Positions 28,395 through 37,326 of a stretch of DNA of 64,000 nucleotides are shown here, one piece after another (the first letter of the stretch is position 1; each line of letters begins with the position of its first letter). A program made the position numbers and the translations under genes. The DNA comes from a virus. The stretch is from the IMG/VR virus record IMGVR_UViG_3300045988_046952, positions 1 through 64,000 of that record. One strand, given 5' to 3'. A model generated the notes under the pieces. That model was given only the letters and a program-made list of their open reading frames with translations. It had not been told where the DNA came from and searched no databases.

Positions 28395-28481
28395 CGTGCA
28401 GTGCAAGATTCGAACTTGCGGTGGGACTTTCGTCACGATAGATTAACAGTCTATTGCCTTCGACCACTCGGCCAACTGCAC
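28395..28481 (-). tRNA. class II (long variable arm) tRNA with anticodon GTT (Asn anticodon on a Tyr/Ser-type body)
   Basis: acceptor GTGCAGT/ACTGCAC, D-arm GCCGAGTGGTCGAAGGC, anticodon arm ATAGA-CTGTTAA-TCTAT, variable stem-loop GAC-GAAA-GTC. Confidence 0.6.
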
Positions 28482-28488
28482 ATTGATT

Positions 28489-28845
28489 TTATGTCTTTAT
28501 AAGTCCTGAATGTATTTCTCTATGACAGTTAGAACATACCAAGATGCATTTATCAAGCTCCTCTTTTACTTTATCCCAAGACCTGGTATATCCTTTAGAA
28601 GATATTCCAAAATCCTTTTGGGAAGGGTCTAAATGATGAAACTCTAAAGCATCCGCACATCTGTCATATCCACAGACAGAACATTTACCACCTTTGTACT
28701 CTACAGCCATCTCTTTAACTTTGTTACGTCTCTTTTGAGTTGCTTCTACTTGACATTTTAGACAACGCCAGCGTCCAGATTTCTCAAGAGCAAACTCTGT
28801 TTCTCCGTGTTTAGAACATATTCTTATTTCTCTTTGTCTTTCCAT
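28489..28845 (-). CDS. HNH endonuclease
   Basis: CSVCGY...EFHHLDP...CSNCHREIH. Confidence 0.65.
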   Translation of the reverse strand: MERQREIRICSKHGETEFALEKSGRWRCLKCQVEATQKRRNKVKEMAVEYKGGKCSVCGYDRCADALEFHHLDPSQKDFGISSKGYTRSWDKVKEELDKCILVCSNCHREIHSGLIKT

Positions 28846-29169
28846 AAAACAAAGATACTAAGAATTAAGTCAAACCGCAAGTTAAAAGGTGTCAACGCTT
28901 GTTAATAAACTTGCCATAATGTTTAATTGACCTATCCCGATTGCATCGGAGTTAATCCCTATGGTAAGGAACTACTCCTGTTGGTGTCCAAGCATAGCTA
29001 TTTGCAGCTATTCTAAAATACCAACGAACTGCTTTCTTAATTAACTTAAATAGTCTCATAATACATCAGTTTTAGTCAATAAATAAGTAATCTAAATAAA
29101 CCACTCTATCTTCACAGACTGAGTGGTCAAACTCGTTCTTTGACATCATGTACAATCTTAGTACATATG

Positions 29170-29241
29170 TGATTCCGCAGGGACTTGAACCCTGTTCTAT
29201 AGATTAAAAGTCTATAGCATATCCATACATGCTCCGGAATC
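29170..29241 (-). tRNA. tRNA-Lys(TTT)
   Basis: acceptor GATTCCG/CGGAATC, anticodon arm ATAGA-CTTTTAA-TCTAT. Confidence 0.8.
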
Positions 29242-29246
29242 ATCCG

Positions 29247-29306
29247 CAGAAGGCGCGTTATCAAAAACATGTAAACTGTACAATGATTAGTGCTGTACGC
29301 CTTCTT
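29247..29306. repeat. tRNA-associated hairpin repeat, copy 3 (cAGAAGGCG ... gTGCTGTACGCCTTCTta)
   Basis: directly upstream of tRNA-Lys. Confidence 0.55.
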
Positions 29307-29324
29307 ATGTTTCACTAAATCGAG

Positions 29325-29396
29325 AGTGGGCTGACGGAATCGAACCGTCCTAACCGCTTTTGCAGAGCGGCCCCTAAACCTCTCGGGCAAGCCCAC
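29325..29396 (-). tRNA. tRNA-Cys(GCA)
   Basis: acceptor GTGGGCT/AGCCCAC, anticodon arm CCGCT-CTGCAAA-AGCGG. Confidence 0.8.
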
Positions 29397-29621
29397 ATAT
29401 CAATACGACTTATGGGCTTAACTATGAAACAGGTTAATCAAATCATAAATTAAAAGTTGTTGAGTTGGTTGTTGAGTTGATTTGATAATTGTTTAGTGAA
29501 ACTATATATTATTGTGTTAATTATGGTTCTTATTAAAACTACTCTATTCTCACGAACGGAGTAGTTGTCCACATTTATTATTATGGGATTATCAGCATCC
29601 TCTCTTGGATGCTACAGGGGG

Positions 29622-29694
29622 TCGGGATGACTGGATTCAAACCAGCGACCTCGTGGTCCCAAACCACGCATTCTATCTACTGAACTACATCCCG
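29622..29694 (-). tRNA. tRNA-Pro(TGG)
   Basis: acceptor CGGGATG/CATCCCG, anticodon arm CGTGG-TTTGGGA-CCACG. Confidence 0.8.
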
Positions 29695-29700
29695 GACTAC

Positions 29701-29766
29701 AGAAGTCTCTTAGTTTAATTAAAATCATAAAATATGAAACACTTTCTTTCGTGCCGTAAGACTTCT
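29701..29766. repeat. tRNA-associated hairpin repeat, copy 4 (AGAAGTCTcTTA ... cGTGCCGTAAGACTTCTta)
   Basis: directly upstream of tRNA-Pro. Confidence 0.5.
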
Positions 29767-29796
29767 TATTCAAAGCTATTGAAAATTGTTGTATTG

Positions 29797-29869
29797 TGGG
29801 TGTACTTGGACTTGAACCAAGGACTTACACGTTATCAGCGTGTTACTCTACCACCTGAGTTATACACCC
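29797..29869 (-). tRNA. tRNA-Ile(GAT)
   Basis: acceptor GGGTGTA/TACACCC, anticodon arm ACACG-CTGATAA-CGTGT. Confidence 0.8.
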
Positions 29870-29874
29870 ATCAT

Positions 29875-29935
29875 CAGAAGACAATAGATTCATTTACTTA
29901 TGCCAACATACAGGAAAATTGCTGTTTGTCTTCTT
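29875..29935. repeat. tRNA-associated hairpin repeat, copy 5 (cAGAAGACAA ... tTGCTGTTTGTCTTCTta)
   Basis: directly upstream of tRNA-Ile. Confidence 0.55.
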
Positions 29936-29972
29936 AACATTCTGAAAATGTAGTATGTACAATGATTGTAGT

Positions 29973-30041
29973 TGCGGTCGGACGATTCGAACGTCGTCTC
30001 TGGGTTATGAGCCCAGTAAGCTACCATTGCTCCACCACCGC
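29973..30041 (-). tRNA. tRNA-Met(CAT), initiator-like
   Basis: anticodon arm CTGGG-CTCATAA-CCCAG with three G:C pairs closing the loop; overall similarity to bacterial tRNA-fMet; ends uncertain by 1-2 nt. Confidence 0.6.
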
Positions 30042-30044
30042 AAG

Positions 30045-30116
30045 TGCCCCATGTTGGACTCGAACCAACGCCATACAAGTTTAGAATTTGCTCTTCTACC
30101 ACTGAAGTAATGGGGC
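30045..30116 (-). tRNA. putative amber suppressor tRNA (anticodon CTA)
   Basis: acceptor GCCCCAT/ATGGGGC, D-arm CTTC-AGTGGTA-GAAG, anticodon loop TTCTAAA (U33, CUA, A37) on stem GCAAA/CTTGT with G:U and A:C at the ends, T-arm GTTGG-TTCGAGT-CCAAC. Confidence 0.5.
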
Positions 30117-30153
30117 GACAGAGGGTTTTACGAGATTACCCACAACTCATCAA

Positions 30154-30471
30154 CTATTCGATAATTTGATTCCACTGTTCAAGTGTAAGTTCCTTGACTA
30201 CTATGCCATTTAGTTCAAATGGAGTATATTGGTTTCCATTCTCTTCTACAAGGATTAACCATTCGTAGCCACGTTGCTTGCTATGAGTTCTAATAATCTC
30301 CTTAATGGTTTCGATGCCAAAAGGAGTTAGAATCTTCTGCCCTTCTCTGTAAAGATACCTCTTGTTGAGGTCTTCTAAATCCTCTAATGTGGTTAAATGA
30401 GGATTAGGGTTCTTAGTGATAACTACATGGTCATCTCCTACACTAACATAATAATCTCGATTGTATATCAT
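30154..30471 (-). CDS. hypothetical protein (105 aa)
   Basis: ORF track. Confidence 0.4.
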   Translation of the reverse strand: MIYNRDYYVSVGDDHVVITKNPNPHLTTLEDLEDLNKRYLYREGQKILTPFGIETIKEIIRTHSKQRGYEWLILVEENGNQYTPFELNGIVVKELTLEQWNQIIE

Positions 30472-30770
30472 TCTCTTACTAATTTAAGTTTCTTGAACAT
30501 GCGACCGTCATCTTGTAATGCGATTGCTGTTAATTGATTGCCAAGGTCTGGTTCATAGAATGAAGAATAGTCCTTATTAACTAAGTCCAGTCTTACTTTC
30601 CATTTGTCCAAGTCAGCATATAAGTAGATTAAGTAGTTATTATTCCAATCCTGCTTAGGATGTTCTAATAACCACTGTGCTACTGCATGACCTCCTTGTA
30701 CACAACCATAAACTGCATCAAGCTTCTGGTCTATTAGCACATACAATCTCTTCATCAGAATATGTATCAA
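30468..30770 (-). CDS. hypothetical protein (100 aa)
   Basis: ORF track. Confidence 0.4.
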   Translation of the reverse strand: MIHILMKRLYVLIDQKLDAVYGCVQGGHAVAQWLLEHPKQDWNNNYLIYLYADLDKWKVRLDLVNKDYSSFYEPDLGNQLTAIALQDDGRMFKKLKLVRE

Positions 30771-31056
30771 TCAGTGAATCAACTCTTTCTCGGAAATACT
30801 TCTCTCCACTATACATCTTAGAATAACCACACCAACCTTGAGTTTCAAGTGATTTCCATTCTTTGATAACTTTAGCTAGATACTCATTCATAGCTTCTCC
30901 GATTAGTTTATGCTTTAATATGTAATAAGCTACATACATTGCATGTAATATTCCTCTGTTGTAATAAACTGATGAGCAGTCATTAATATTCTTAGCTGCT
31001 TTCTGTGCTTTTACTAAATTCGCGATTTCTTGTTTAAATTGTTTAATTGTTGCCAT
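30718..31056 (-). CDS. hypothetical protein (112 aa)
   Basis: ORF track. Confidence 0.4.
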   Translation of the reverse strand: MATIKQFKQEIANLVKAQKAAKNINDCSSVYYNRGILHAMYVAYYILKHKLIGEAMNEYLAKVIKEWKSLETQGWCGYSKMYSGEKYFRERVDSLIDTYSDEEIVCANRPEA

Positions 31057-31145
31057 GATAGTTAATTGTTAATAAGTTAATAAATAAATTGCCTTAATTA
31101 ATAATCAACTATCTTATGGTGGCTTGTAAGTAATCTACCGCATAA

Positions 31146-31442
31146 TCATTTCCCTTTAATTTGTTTACACATGTTAATAAACTCATCATCCGATTCACAT
31201 ATAATCGGATTCGTTTCCTTGAGATACATCTCCAGATAGGCTTCTTTAGACAAATCGTCCACGTCATCCGGATACACACCATGTACATCATATGACATAT
31301 GAGAACCCCAGCAACTAAGCCAATCAGCATCCTCAAATGTAGTACATATACACACACTTAACCCAGCATCCTCTAGTTTCTTACGAAGTTCTGGAGTATT
31401 CTTCTTAATAAGACAGTGTTCACTCATGGATTTAATACACAT
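31146..31442 (-). CDS. hypothetical protein (98 aa)
   Basis: ORF track. Confidence 0.4.
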   Translation of the reverse strand: MCIKSMSEHCLIKKNTPELRKKLEDAGLSVCICTTFEDADWLSCWGSHMSYDVHGVYPDDVDDLSKEAYLEMYLKETNPIICESDDEFINMCKQIKGK

Positions 31443-31762
31443 AAACCACCTTTCTCGGAATCTCTAAGCACATACTTAATACCTGGAATACCAGGACCTG
31501 ATACCTTATAAATGGTTAGTTCGTTAATAAATTCATACTGCACTCTGTTGATTTTATAATCTCCATTAGTAGCAGCAGACTCATTAATTGATGCTTTACT
31601 TGTGGTTGCAAATAATGCCAAGAAGGTAAATACTCCACATAATCCACCAATAACACCTGCCTTAAATGATGTCTCTTTCATAATCTCATCTATTATTAAT
31701 AATGAGCGGGATAACAGAATTGAACTGTCATCTTCAGCTTGGAAGGCTGTTATAATAACCAT
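31424..31762 (-). CDS. small membrane protein (112 aa)
   Basis: ORF track; TM segment. Confidence 0.4.
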   Translation of the reverse strand: MVIITAFQAEDDSSILLSRSLLIIDEIMKETSFKAGVIGGLCGVFTFLALFATTSKASINESAATNGDYKINRVQYEFINELTIYKVSGPGIPGIKYVLRDSEKGGLCVLNP

Positions 31763-31863
31763 TATACGAATCCCGCAGTTTACTTCTACTATTCTCTCGA
31801 ACCATAGAAGGGTTTGTCGAGTTTGACCTCAACAGATATTGTATTTAATTATCGCAGTGTGAG

Positions 31864-31946
31864 TGGGCATGGTAGGATTCGAACCTACTCAGCCATAGGC
31901 AACGGTTTTACAGACCGCCCCAGCTCTCCAACTCTGGCGCATACCC
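31864..31946 (-). tRNA. tRNA-Tyr(GTA), class II
   Basis: acceptor GGGTATG/CATGCCC, anticodon arm GCGGT-CTGTAAA-ACCGT, 13-nt variable arm. Confidence 0.8.
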
Positions 31947-32196
31947 GAATCACACAATCCATATTAACTGTGAATTGTGAGTGCAAAGGTAATGAATCTT
32001 TCCCACATATAAAAGTTAATATGTATTAAATACGATAGAAGTTTGCTCGGTATTAAACTAAGCTCACATATTCTCTCGAACCGATGAGCTTAGTAGTTAT
32101 TCAACAATTGCAGATACTTTAACTCGTAATAATGACTATGAGTCGAGATAGAAATGACACTGCATATGTTGAAAGAATCATATTAATAAAATGGTG

Positions 32197-32270
32197 TAGA
32201 GATAACCAGATTCGAACTGATGTTCTTCTAAAGATTGACTTTAGCTGTTCTACCACTGAACTATATCTCT
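32197..32270 (-). tRNA. non-canonical tRNA-like (anticodon loop GTCAATC, CAA; or 6-bp stem with 5-nt loop)
   Basis: good acceptor AGAGATA/TATCTCT, D-arm and T-arm; anticodon arm CTAAA-GTCAATC-TTTAG atypical (G32, U37). Confidence 0.4.
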
Positions 32271-32433
32271 ATCCAGTCCCTATGGAATCATCCAATAAAT
32301 TCCCACCTAGTGTTACTAGATATGCACAAAGATTACTATACCAAATATGCGCTCTTCTCCATGCATAATGAAATCTATCTTCTATCCAATCAGAACATTA
32401 ATTCAACTATTAAATAAACGGTGCGCGAAATAC

Positions 32434-34128
32434 TTAGACCTTCACAGGCTTCTTCTGCACGCTTGCATTCTTCTTGACAACATCCTTCTCTAGAATCATC
32501 ATATTAAGCAACTCTTGATTCATAGCATGCTTAAAGATGTCTCTAGTGGTTTTAGGCACCTGGAACCTCTTCTCTCCAGTAATAAATGAGGATGTTGAAT
32601 TATTAAGTCCATTTACTAAGAAGCAATTTGACACTCCTGGAACCAAAGCCACATTAGGTCTTCCCTTATATGCTAAAGGAACTCTCCAAATGGTAACTTT
32701 GAATGCTCTTACAAATTCCTTACTGAAATTTGCTTTAAGCAGTCTTTGCTTAAATTCCACGAATGCTTGGTTGTTCAACTTGGTAAAATATGTATGGTTA
32801 GTAATTACCACACAGCCTCTAGGGAACTCTCCTTCATCCACACCATAATCTTCTTTCATTTTACACAGCATTTCTGCTATATTAATAATAGAAGGATTCT
32901 GGCATAATGCTTCTTCTTTGTCAGATTTCCATTTCTCAATGACATTCTGACCTTTGAACTTACGTAGAACCATGTTATCTTCTAACACGGCATAGGAGTT
33001 CTTGAATATTGTAGGAAGTAATTCAGAATGATATAAAGCATATGCTTTACCCAAACTGTAAGCAGATGTTTCGCTATTCTCTATCTCACCATTAGCAGAA
33101 TGACTTATATCTCTTACTACCAACAACGGAGCTACTCTATTGCGTTTAGCATTATCAACGAATACGTTGAAACTTGCATTAATAGAAGTTTCCATAAATT
33201 CTGGAATCTCTTCGGCAATTTTATCCAGTCCATATGGTTTGAATAAAGTATGTAGAAATCCGCTATTAGAGGGCTTCTTACGGTTCTTCAACCAGTTCTG
33301 ATACTTCTCTTTAAGACCTTGATGTTTGAGGAATTTAGAGCCTACTAGCTGTGCCAGCGCCTTTCCAGTAACAGTGTCAAAATCAATTTCCAAGAATTTC
33401 TTTTGACTGATTAACTGCTGCCATTGGGCTGCTTTCCCGCTATTCTTCATCTTCCTATATTTACGATAGGTGGAATAGTCTCCTTCGTCCTTAGGTTTAC
33501 CATAAAGGCCTTCCGCCAAGAATTTGGCTACTGTGTTACGTGCTTTTGCCTCATCTGTCTTACATGCAACACTGGAACGAACACGAGGAAGATACTTCTT
33601 TACTAAATCACATGTCTGACCATTAGCAAGACCTGCAAATATGACTTTCTTGAAGAAGTCCCAATCCAATCTGTGCTTAAAGCCATGGAGTTGAACATCT
33701 AAAGCCATCATAGTAATGAAATCTTTCCAGCATCCAGCTGCTGCAAAATAAGCAATGTTGGCATGGAATGTGGGTTTGTGATAGATTGCCAACCACAGCA
33801 TCCTCATTATACCTTCATTCTTCAAACCTTCTCCTTGCTGTGTATCAAGCTGTATAACTCCTTCCGGGGTAGTTATTCTACATTTACGAGTTATCATTCT
33901 CGTATATGCAGTAAACTTGGTACATAGTAATGGATTAGCTTTCCATAAAGGATACATATCTTTAGCCACTTGCACGTAGGTACGTGGCTGAAGACATTTC
34001 TTAAGATTAACAAACTGGTCTATGAATAACTGATTATTATCCACAAACTTAGGTTTATTCTCATCCCGCCTTTGACGTGCGGCATTAGGGTAAGGCCTCC
34101 TTGGCCTTTGTGCTCCTTTCATTTCCAT
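32434..34128 (-). CDS. vWA-domain protein (564 aa); TROVE/Ro60-like architecture possible
   Basis: MIDAS DxSxS in PLLVVRDISHSANG after a roughly 330-aa N-terminal domain; size and architecture resemble Ro60; untested. Confidence 0.5.
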   Translation of the reverse strand: MEMKGAQRPRRPYPNAARQRRDENKPKFVDNNQLFIDQFVNLKKCLQPRTYVQVAKDMYPLWKANPLLCTKFTAYTRMITRKCRITTPEGVIQLDTQQGEGLKNEGIMRMLWLAIYHKPTFHANIAYFAAAGCWKDFITMMALDVQLHGFKHRLDWDFFKKVIFAGLANGQTCDLVKKYLPRVRSSVACKTDEAKARNTVAKFLAEGLYGKPKDEGDYSTYRKYRKMKNSGKAAQWQQLISQKKFLEIDFDTVTGKALAQLVGSKFLKHQGLKEKYQNWLKNRKKPSNSGFLHTLFKPYGLDKIAEEIPEFMETSINASFNVFVDNAKRNRVAPLLVVRDISHSANGEIENSETSAYSLGKAYALYHSELLPTIFKNSYAVLEDNMVLRKFKGQNVIEKWKSDKEEALCQNPSIINIAEMLCKMKEDYGVDEGEFPRGCVVITNHTYFTKLNNQAFVEFKQRLLKANFSKEFVRAFKVTIWRVPLAYKGRPNVALVPGVSNCFLVNGLNNSTSSFITGEKRFQVPKTTRDIFKHAMNQELLNMMILEKDVVKKNASVQKKPVKV

Positions 34129-34467
34129 CTCTTGTTAAATTTATTGTTATGAGAGTCTTTCTTTATTCTAAACAATAAACAAGCGGCATTACGGCAATTG
34201 GACATGCGTTAATCCGCTCGCCACTTACAGACCGTAATGCACACTTGACCAGGCAGGAAAGAGGTTTGCTTGGTTACCTGCCCCACAATATTGATTTGCA
34301 TAGTGGGGCTACGAGGATTCTCTCTACTCGTGATGCTATAAATCGTCTTTTGACGCAAGCACAGGTTTCAACTCTTTAATATAGCCTTTAAGTCACAGAT
34401 GCATTCTAGACTACATCTGCTGGTTCTTCAGACCAAGTTTGCTACCACTACTCGTCAATAGTGGATT

Positions 34468-35163
34468 TTACGGTATCAGATAGTCCACACGAAGGTCTAC
34501 CGTCTCTTCGTTTGCTTCTAACACCACAGTCGTCGAAAGAATGTCAGGATTGTCAGCCGTAGTTATCATACCCACAATATCATGTGGGGATTCCAAGTAT
34601 AAATAACCTCTACCGTCCCAAGCTGGAACATATCCGCCTCGTAGAATGTTTCGAGACGGAATAGACTTATAATAATAGTGTGCTGGCCGGTAGTGAGCGA
34701 ATGATACGTTAATAGCTGATTGGTGTGTGCCTATGGTAAAACCACCCAGGACTGTTGCCAGTCTCATCACCTTACTAACGTATTTTGAATCGCCTACTAC
34801 ATCTAGTCTTATGTTCAAGCCTGGATAGTAGAATTTAGCAACTCTCCTGCTTATATCCTTCAACGTTTGAAGAGATTGAAATTCAGCAACATCAACATAG
34901 TCTTTCTCCGATTCAGAACTACCGAAGATACAATTGATTGGTATTGGCTGATTAGCTTCAATACATTCTTCCAAAATAGTGATTGCTTCGGACGGAATAG
35001 CTTCATTACCAAGTCTGATTCTCTTAGTCCCATATAAGATATGAGCTATAATCTGACTAAGTGGCAATGATAATTTCTCCTTAGCAAAGTTGCTTTCCAA
35101 ATCATATAGATATTGGCAAATGTGTGCACTGAATGGCGTGTTCCCTTGTACTGTAAACTTCAT
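34468..35163 (-). CDS. hypothetical protein (231 aa)
   Basis: ORF track. Confidence 0.4.
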   Translation of the reverse strand: MKFTVQGNTPFSAHICQYLYDLESNFAKEKLSLPLSQIIAHILYGTKRIRLGNEAIPSEAITILEECIEANQPIPINCIFGSSESEKDYVDVAEFQSLQTLKDISRRVAKFYYPGLNIRLDVVGDSKYVSKVMRLATVLGGFTIGTHQSAINVSFAHYRPAHYYYKSIPSRNILRGGYVPAWDGRGYLYLESPHDIVGMITTADNPDILSTTVVLEANEETVDLRVDYLIP

Positions 35164-35657
35164 ACTATCTGTTCAACTGTTATTAATTTAGTGATTCTAT
35201 AACCTCTTGATTTCAGGAATTTGATTGCTTCCATTTCAGCTTGTGTAATAGGAATCAGATGTTTGTCTTCTTCCGCTTCTGTAACAGCTTCCATTTCAGC
35301 TTGTGGCTTAGGTTTAGGAGGTGCTACATAAGTGCCAGCTTTAATAGCCATTCTCTTAGCATATGCATCTCTCTGTATCTTAGCCATTTCTTTCCTACTG
35401 ATAGTTATCAATTCAATGACTCTAGTCTTATACAAAGGGCCATGTTCTTTCCACATAAATCCTTTAGTATAGATAGCACCGTCAGGTTCAATCACTCCCT
35501 GCTTACGCAAAACAGCCATGAAGTTCTCTGGCCTTGGGAAGCCATTCTTCTTCAAATCCTTGACTACATCTGTAATCTTAAAAGGCCCAGGATTCATTGT
35601 CTTTACCGTGTTAAAAATCCGAACGATGTCATCGTCGGATATTGACCTCTTTCCCAT
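35160..35657 (-). CDS. hypothetical protein (165 aa)
   Basis: ORF track. Confidence 0.4.
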   Translation of the reverse strand: MGKRSISDDDIVRIFNTVKTMNPGPFKITDVVKDLKKNGFPRPENFMAVLRKQGVIEPDGAIYTKGFMWKEHGPLYKTRVIELITISRKEMAKIQRDAYAKRMAIKAGTYVAPPKPKPQAEMEAVTEAEEDKHLIPITQAEMEAIKFLKSRGYRITKLITVEQIV

Positions 35658-35683
35658 AATTTCAATAACTTTTAGTGAAACAA

Positions 35684-35965
35684 TTACTCTTTATATATTC
35701 TAATTCGAGATTTACGCAGATGTACACGCATTCGTTTAACCTCGGACAGAATCCAATTACGTCTGCATTGATGTAACCATGCAATTACATCTTCGTCAAA
35801 TAATAATTCTTGACCACAGTAGTATGTGCCACTGTAGTAAGTATCAAGCTTTGGTCTTAATATGTCATGAGGACTATCAGTAACTATGTATTGATAATCC
35901 TCACCTCTTATTAATTTTAGCTTCTCTGACTCTTTACGAAGTTTCTTTAATAACTTTGCTTTCAT
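35684..35965 (-). CDS. basic hypothetical protein (93 aa)
   Basis: ORF track. Confidence 0.4.
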   Translation of the reverse strand: MKAKLLKKLRKESEKLKLIRGEDYQYIVTDSPHDILRPKLDTYYSGTYYCGQELLFDEDVIAWLHQCRRNWILSEVKRMRVHLRKSRIRIYKE

Positions 35966-35981
35966 TTTAATTACTTAAATG

Positions 35982-36547
35982 TGGACCTAGAGGGAGTCGA
36001 ACCCTCGTCCAGACAACTCTCATTAATAAGATTACGTGTGTCTCTATTTTATTACATCAGCTGTTGAGTTCAGCATGTAGGTAGTTTTACTAAGAAGCCG
36101 AGTGTTAATTCACCAATTACGTCTCCCTCGTAGGGCTACGACTTAGTTGTTCACAAACTACCAAACTGGGCTTGACCGAACGGTCACTCCACCACTCCAT
36201 TTACGTTGGAGAACGTTTCTATTTGTAACCCATAGATAGGTAGTGGAGATTTCAGCTTTACTAACCTTTGGCTTTCAAGTTAATGCATCTAAGCTTCACT
36301 GTAACCTGTAGGTACTATGACTCTTCCCCGCAGGTCTCGTTATAGCACTTAGATACAAACCTCTTCTGTTTCTAGGTCTCTCCAATTAACCCGACTTAGA
36401 GCTAAATTAATAGATAAGCCAGCAGCTTAGGCTGCCATTCTGTTGTAGTCGATTTCAGCAACTATTGTTTGCATCATTATTAAAGAGTTGGTGCCAACTC
36501 TACACGTCTTACTAACTTGTAATCGCCTGTCAAATCCAGGTAGGCCC
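35982..36547 (-). ncRNA. ssrA: tmRNA (ssrA), tag peptide AEIDYNRMAA
   Basis: 5' GGGCCTACCTGGATTTGACAGGCG (compare E. coli GGGGCTGATTCTGGATTCGACGGG); 3' GGACGAGGGTTCGACTCCCTCTAGGTCCA (compare GGACGCGGGTTCAACTCCCGCCAGCTCCA); acceptor GGGCCTA/TAGGTCC with G3:U70; GCU resume codon at RNA positions 89-91; ORF GCT GAA ATC GAC TAC AAC AGA ATG GCA GCC TAA at 36427-36459. Confidence 0.75.
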
Positions 36548-36856
36548 TTATAATTCTATTACTGTTCCTGGTTTTAGTATCCTAACTCGTATCTTGGCAG
36601 ATTTGTTAAGTACTATGTTATCAGGGATTGAATTGCTAGCCTCGCCAACTACGTATAGGTTGTTAACAATCCTAATCACGACTGTACCTGGAGTTACAAA
36701 CCCATTGTACCATTCAATTACTTCTGCCAATTCACCATGTCTCATTTCTATAGGATGAACAAGGTAACTAGCGCGTTTTACAATTTTTACCATAATTCTA
36801 AGTATTAAAAGTGAACTGCCAGTATCCTCCTGTGCTACATTAAGTAGCGTACCCAT
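36548..36856 (-). CDS. hypothetical protein (102 aa)
   Basis: ORF track. Confidence 0.4.
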   Translation of the reverse strand: MGTLLNVAQEDTGSSLLILRIMVKIVKRASYLVHPIEMRHGELAEVIEWYNGFVTPGTVVIRIVNNLYVVGEASNSIPDNIVLNKSAKIRVRILKPGTVIEL

Positions 36857-36892
36857 TACAGACTTAGTAACTTACGAGCTACTTTGTTCCAT

Positions 36893-37246
36893 TTAAAATG
36901 GCAAGTTTCCTTCATGTTTCATCCAACTATAAACTACAATTTCATAATCTGGAAAATCGTTAGCAAGTTTAACACAACTGTCAAACGATAACTCTGTTAT
37001 GCATATAAGAGGGTAATCATTGTCAAGCCATTCTCTAATTACATCCTTATCAGGAATATGCTCATCCAATGACCATTTAAGCTCACGTTCAAGTCTTTCA
37101 CGTATTGTATTCAATTTAATATGGTCATGCGTTCCATATATAACATTTAATATGTAATACAATAAATGGCTATTGAACTTATCAACATCGCTAATAAGGA
37201 TATGCCTCTTGGCATTCCTTAGAGAATTAACTGCGTTTTGATTCAT
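36893..37246 (-). CDS. hypothetical protein (117 aa)
   Basis: ORF track. Confidence 0.4.
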   Translation of the reverse strand: MNQNAVNSLRNAKRHILISDVDKFNSHLLYYILNVIYGTHDHIKLNTIRERLERELKWSLDEHIPDKDVIREWLDNDYPLICITELSFDSCVKLANDFPDYEIVVYSWMKHEGNLPF

Positions 37247-37326
37247 AAATTTACTAATTAAAAGCCCAAGTGTGTTTCACAACATGACTGGGCAAGCCTA
37301 AACTATACAAAACTTTAAAATGATTG

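Noticed and set aside
29127-30102. ORF-track ORFs 29127-29396, 29734-29937 and 29890-30102
   Set aside because: They overlap well-folded tRNA genes (Lys, Cys, Ile, Met) and are translation artefacts of structured RNA
31109-31357. 82-aa Cys/Arg-rich ORF overlapping 31146-31442
   Set aside because: Out-of-frame overlap with a more protein-like ORF; likely spurious
31771-31840. Possible tRNA suggested by a GGTTCGAG T-loop-like motif
   Set aside because: No pairing acceptor stem or anticodon arm; folds only as a simple hairpin CUUCUAUGG...UAGUAGAAG
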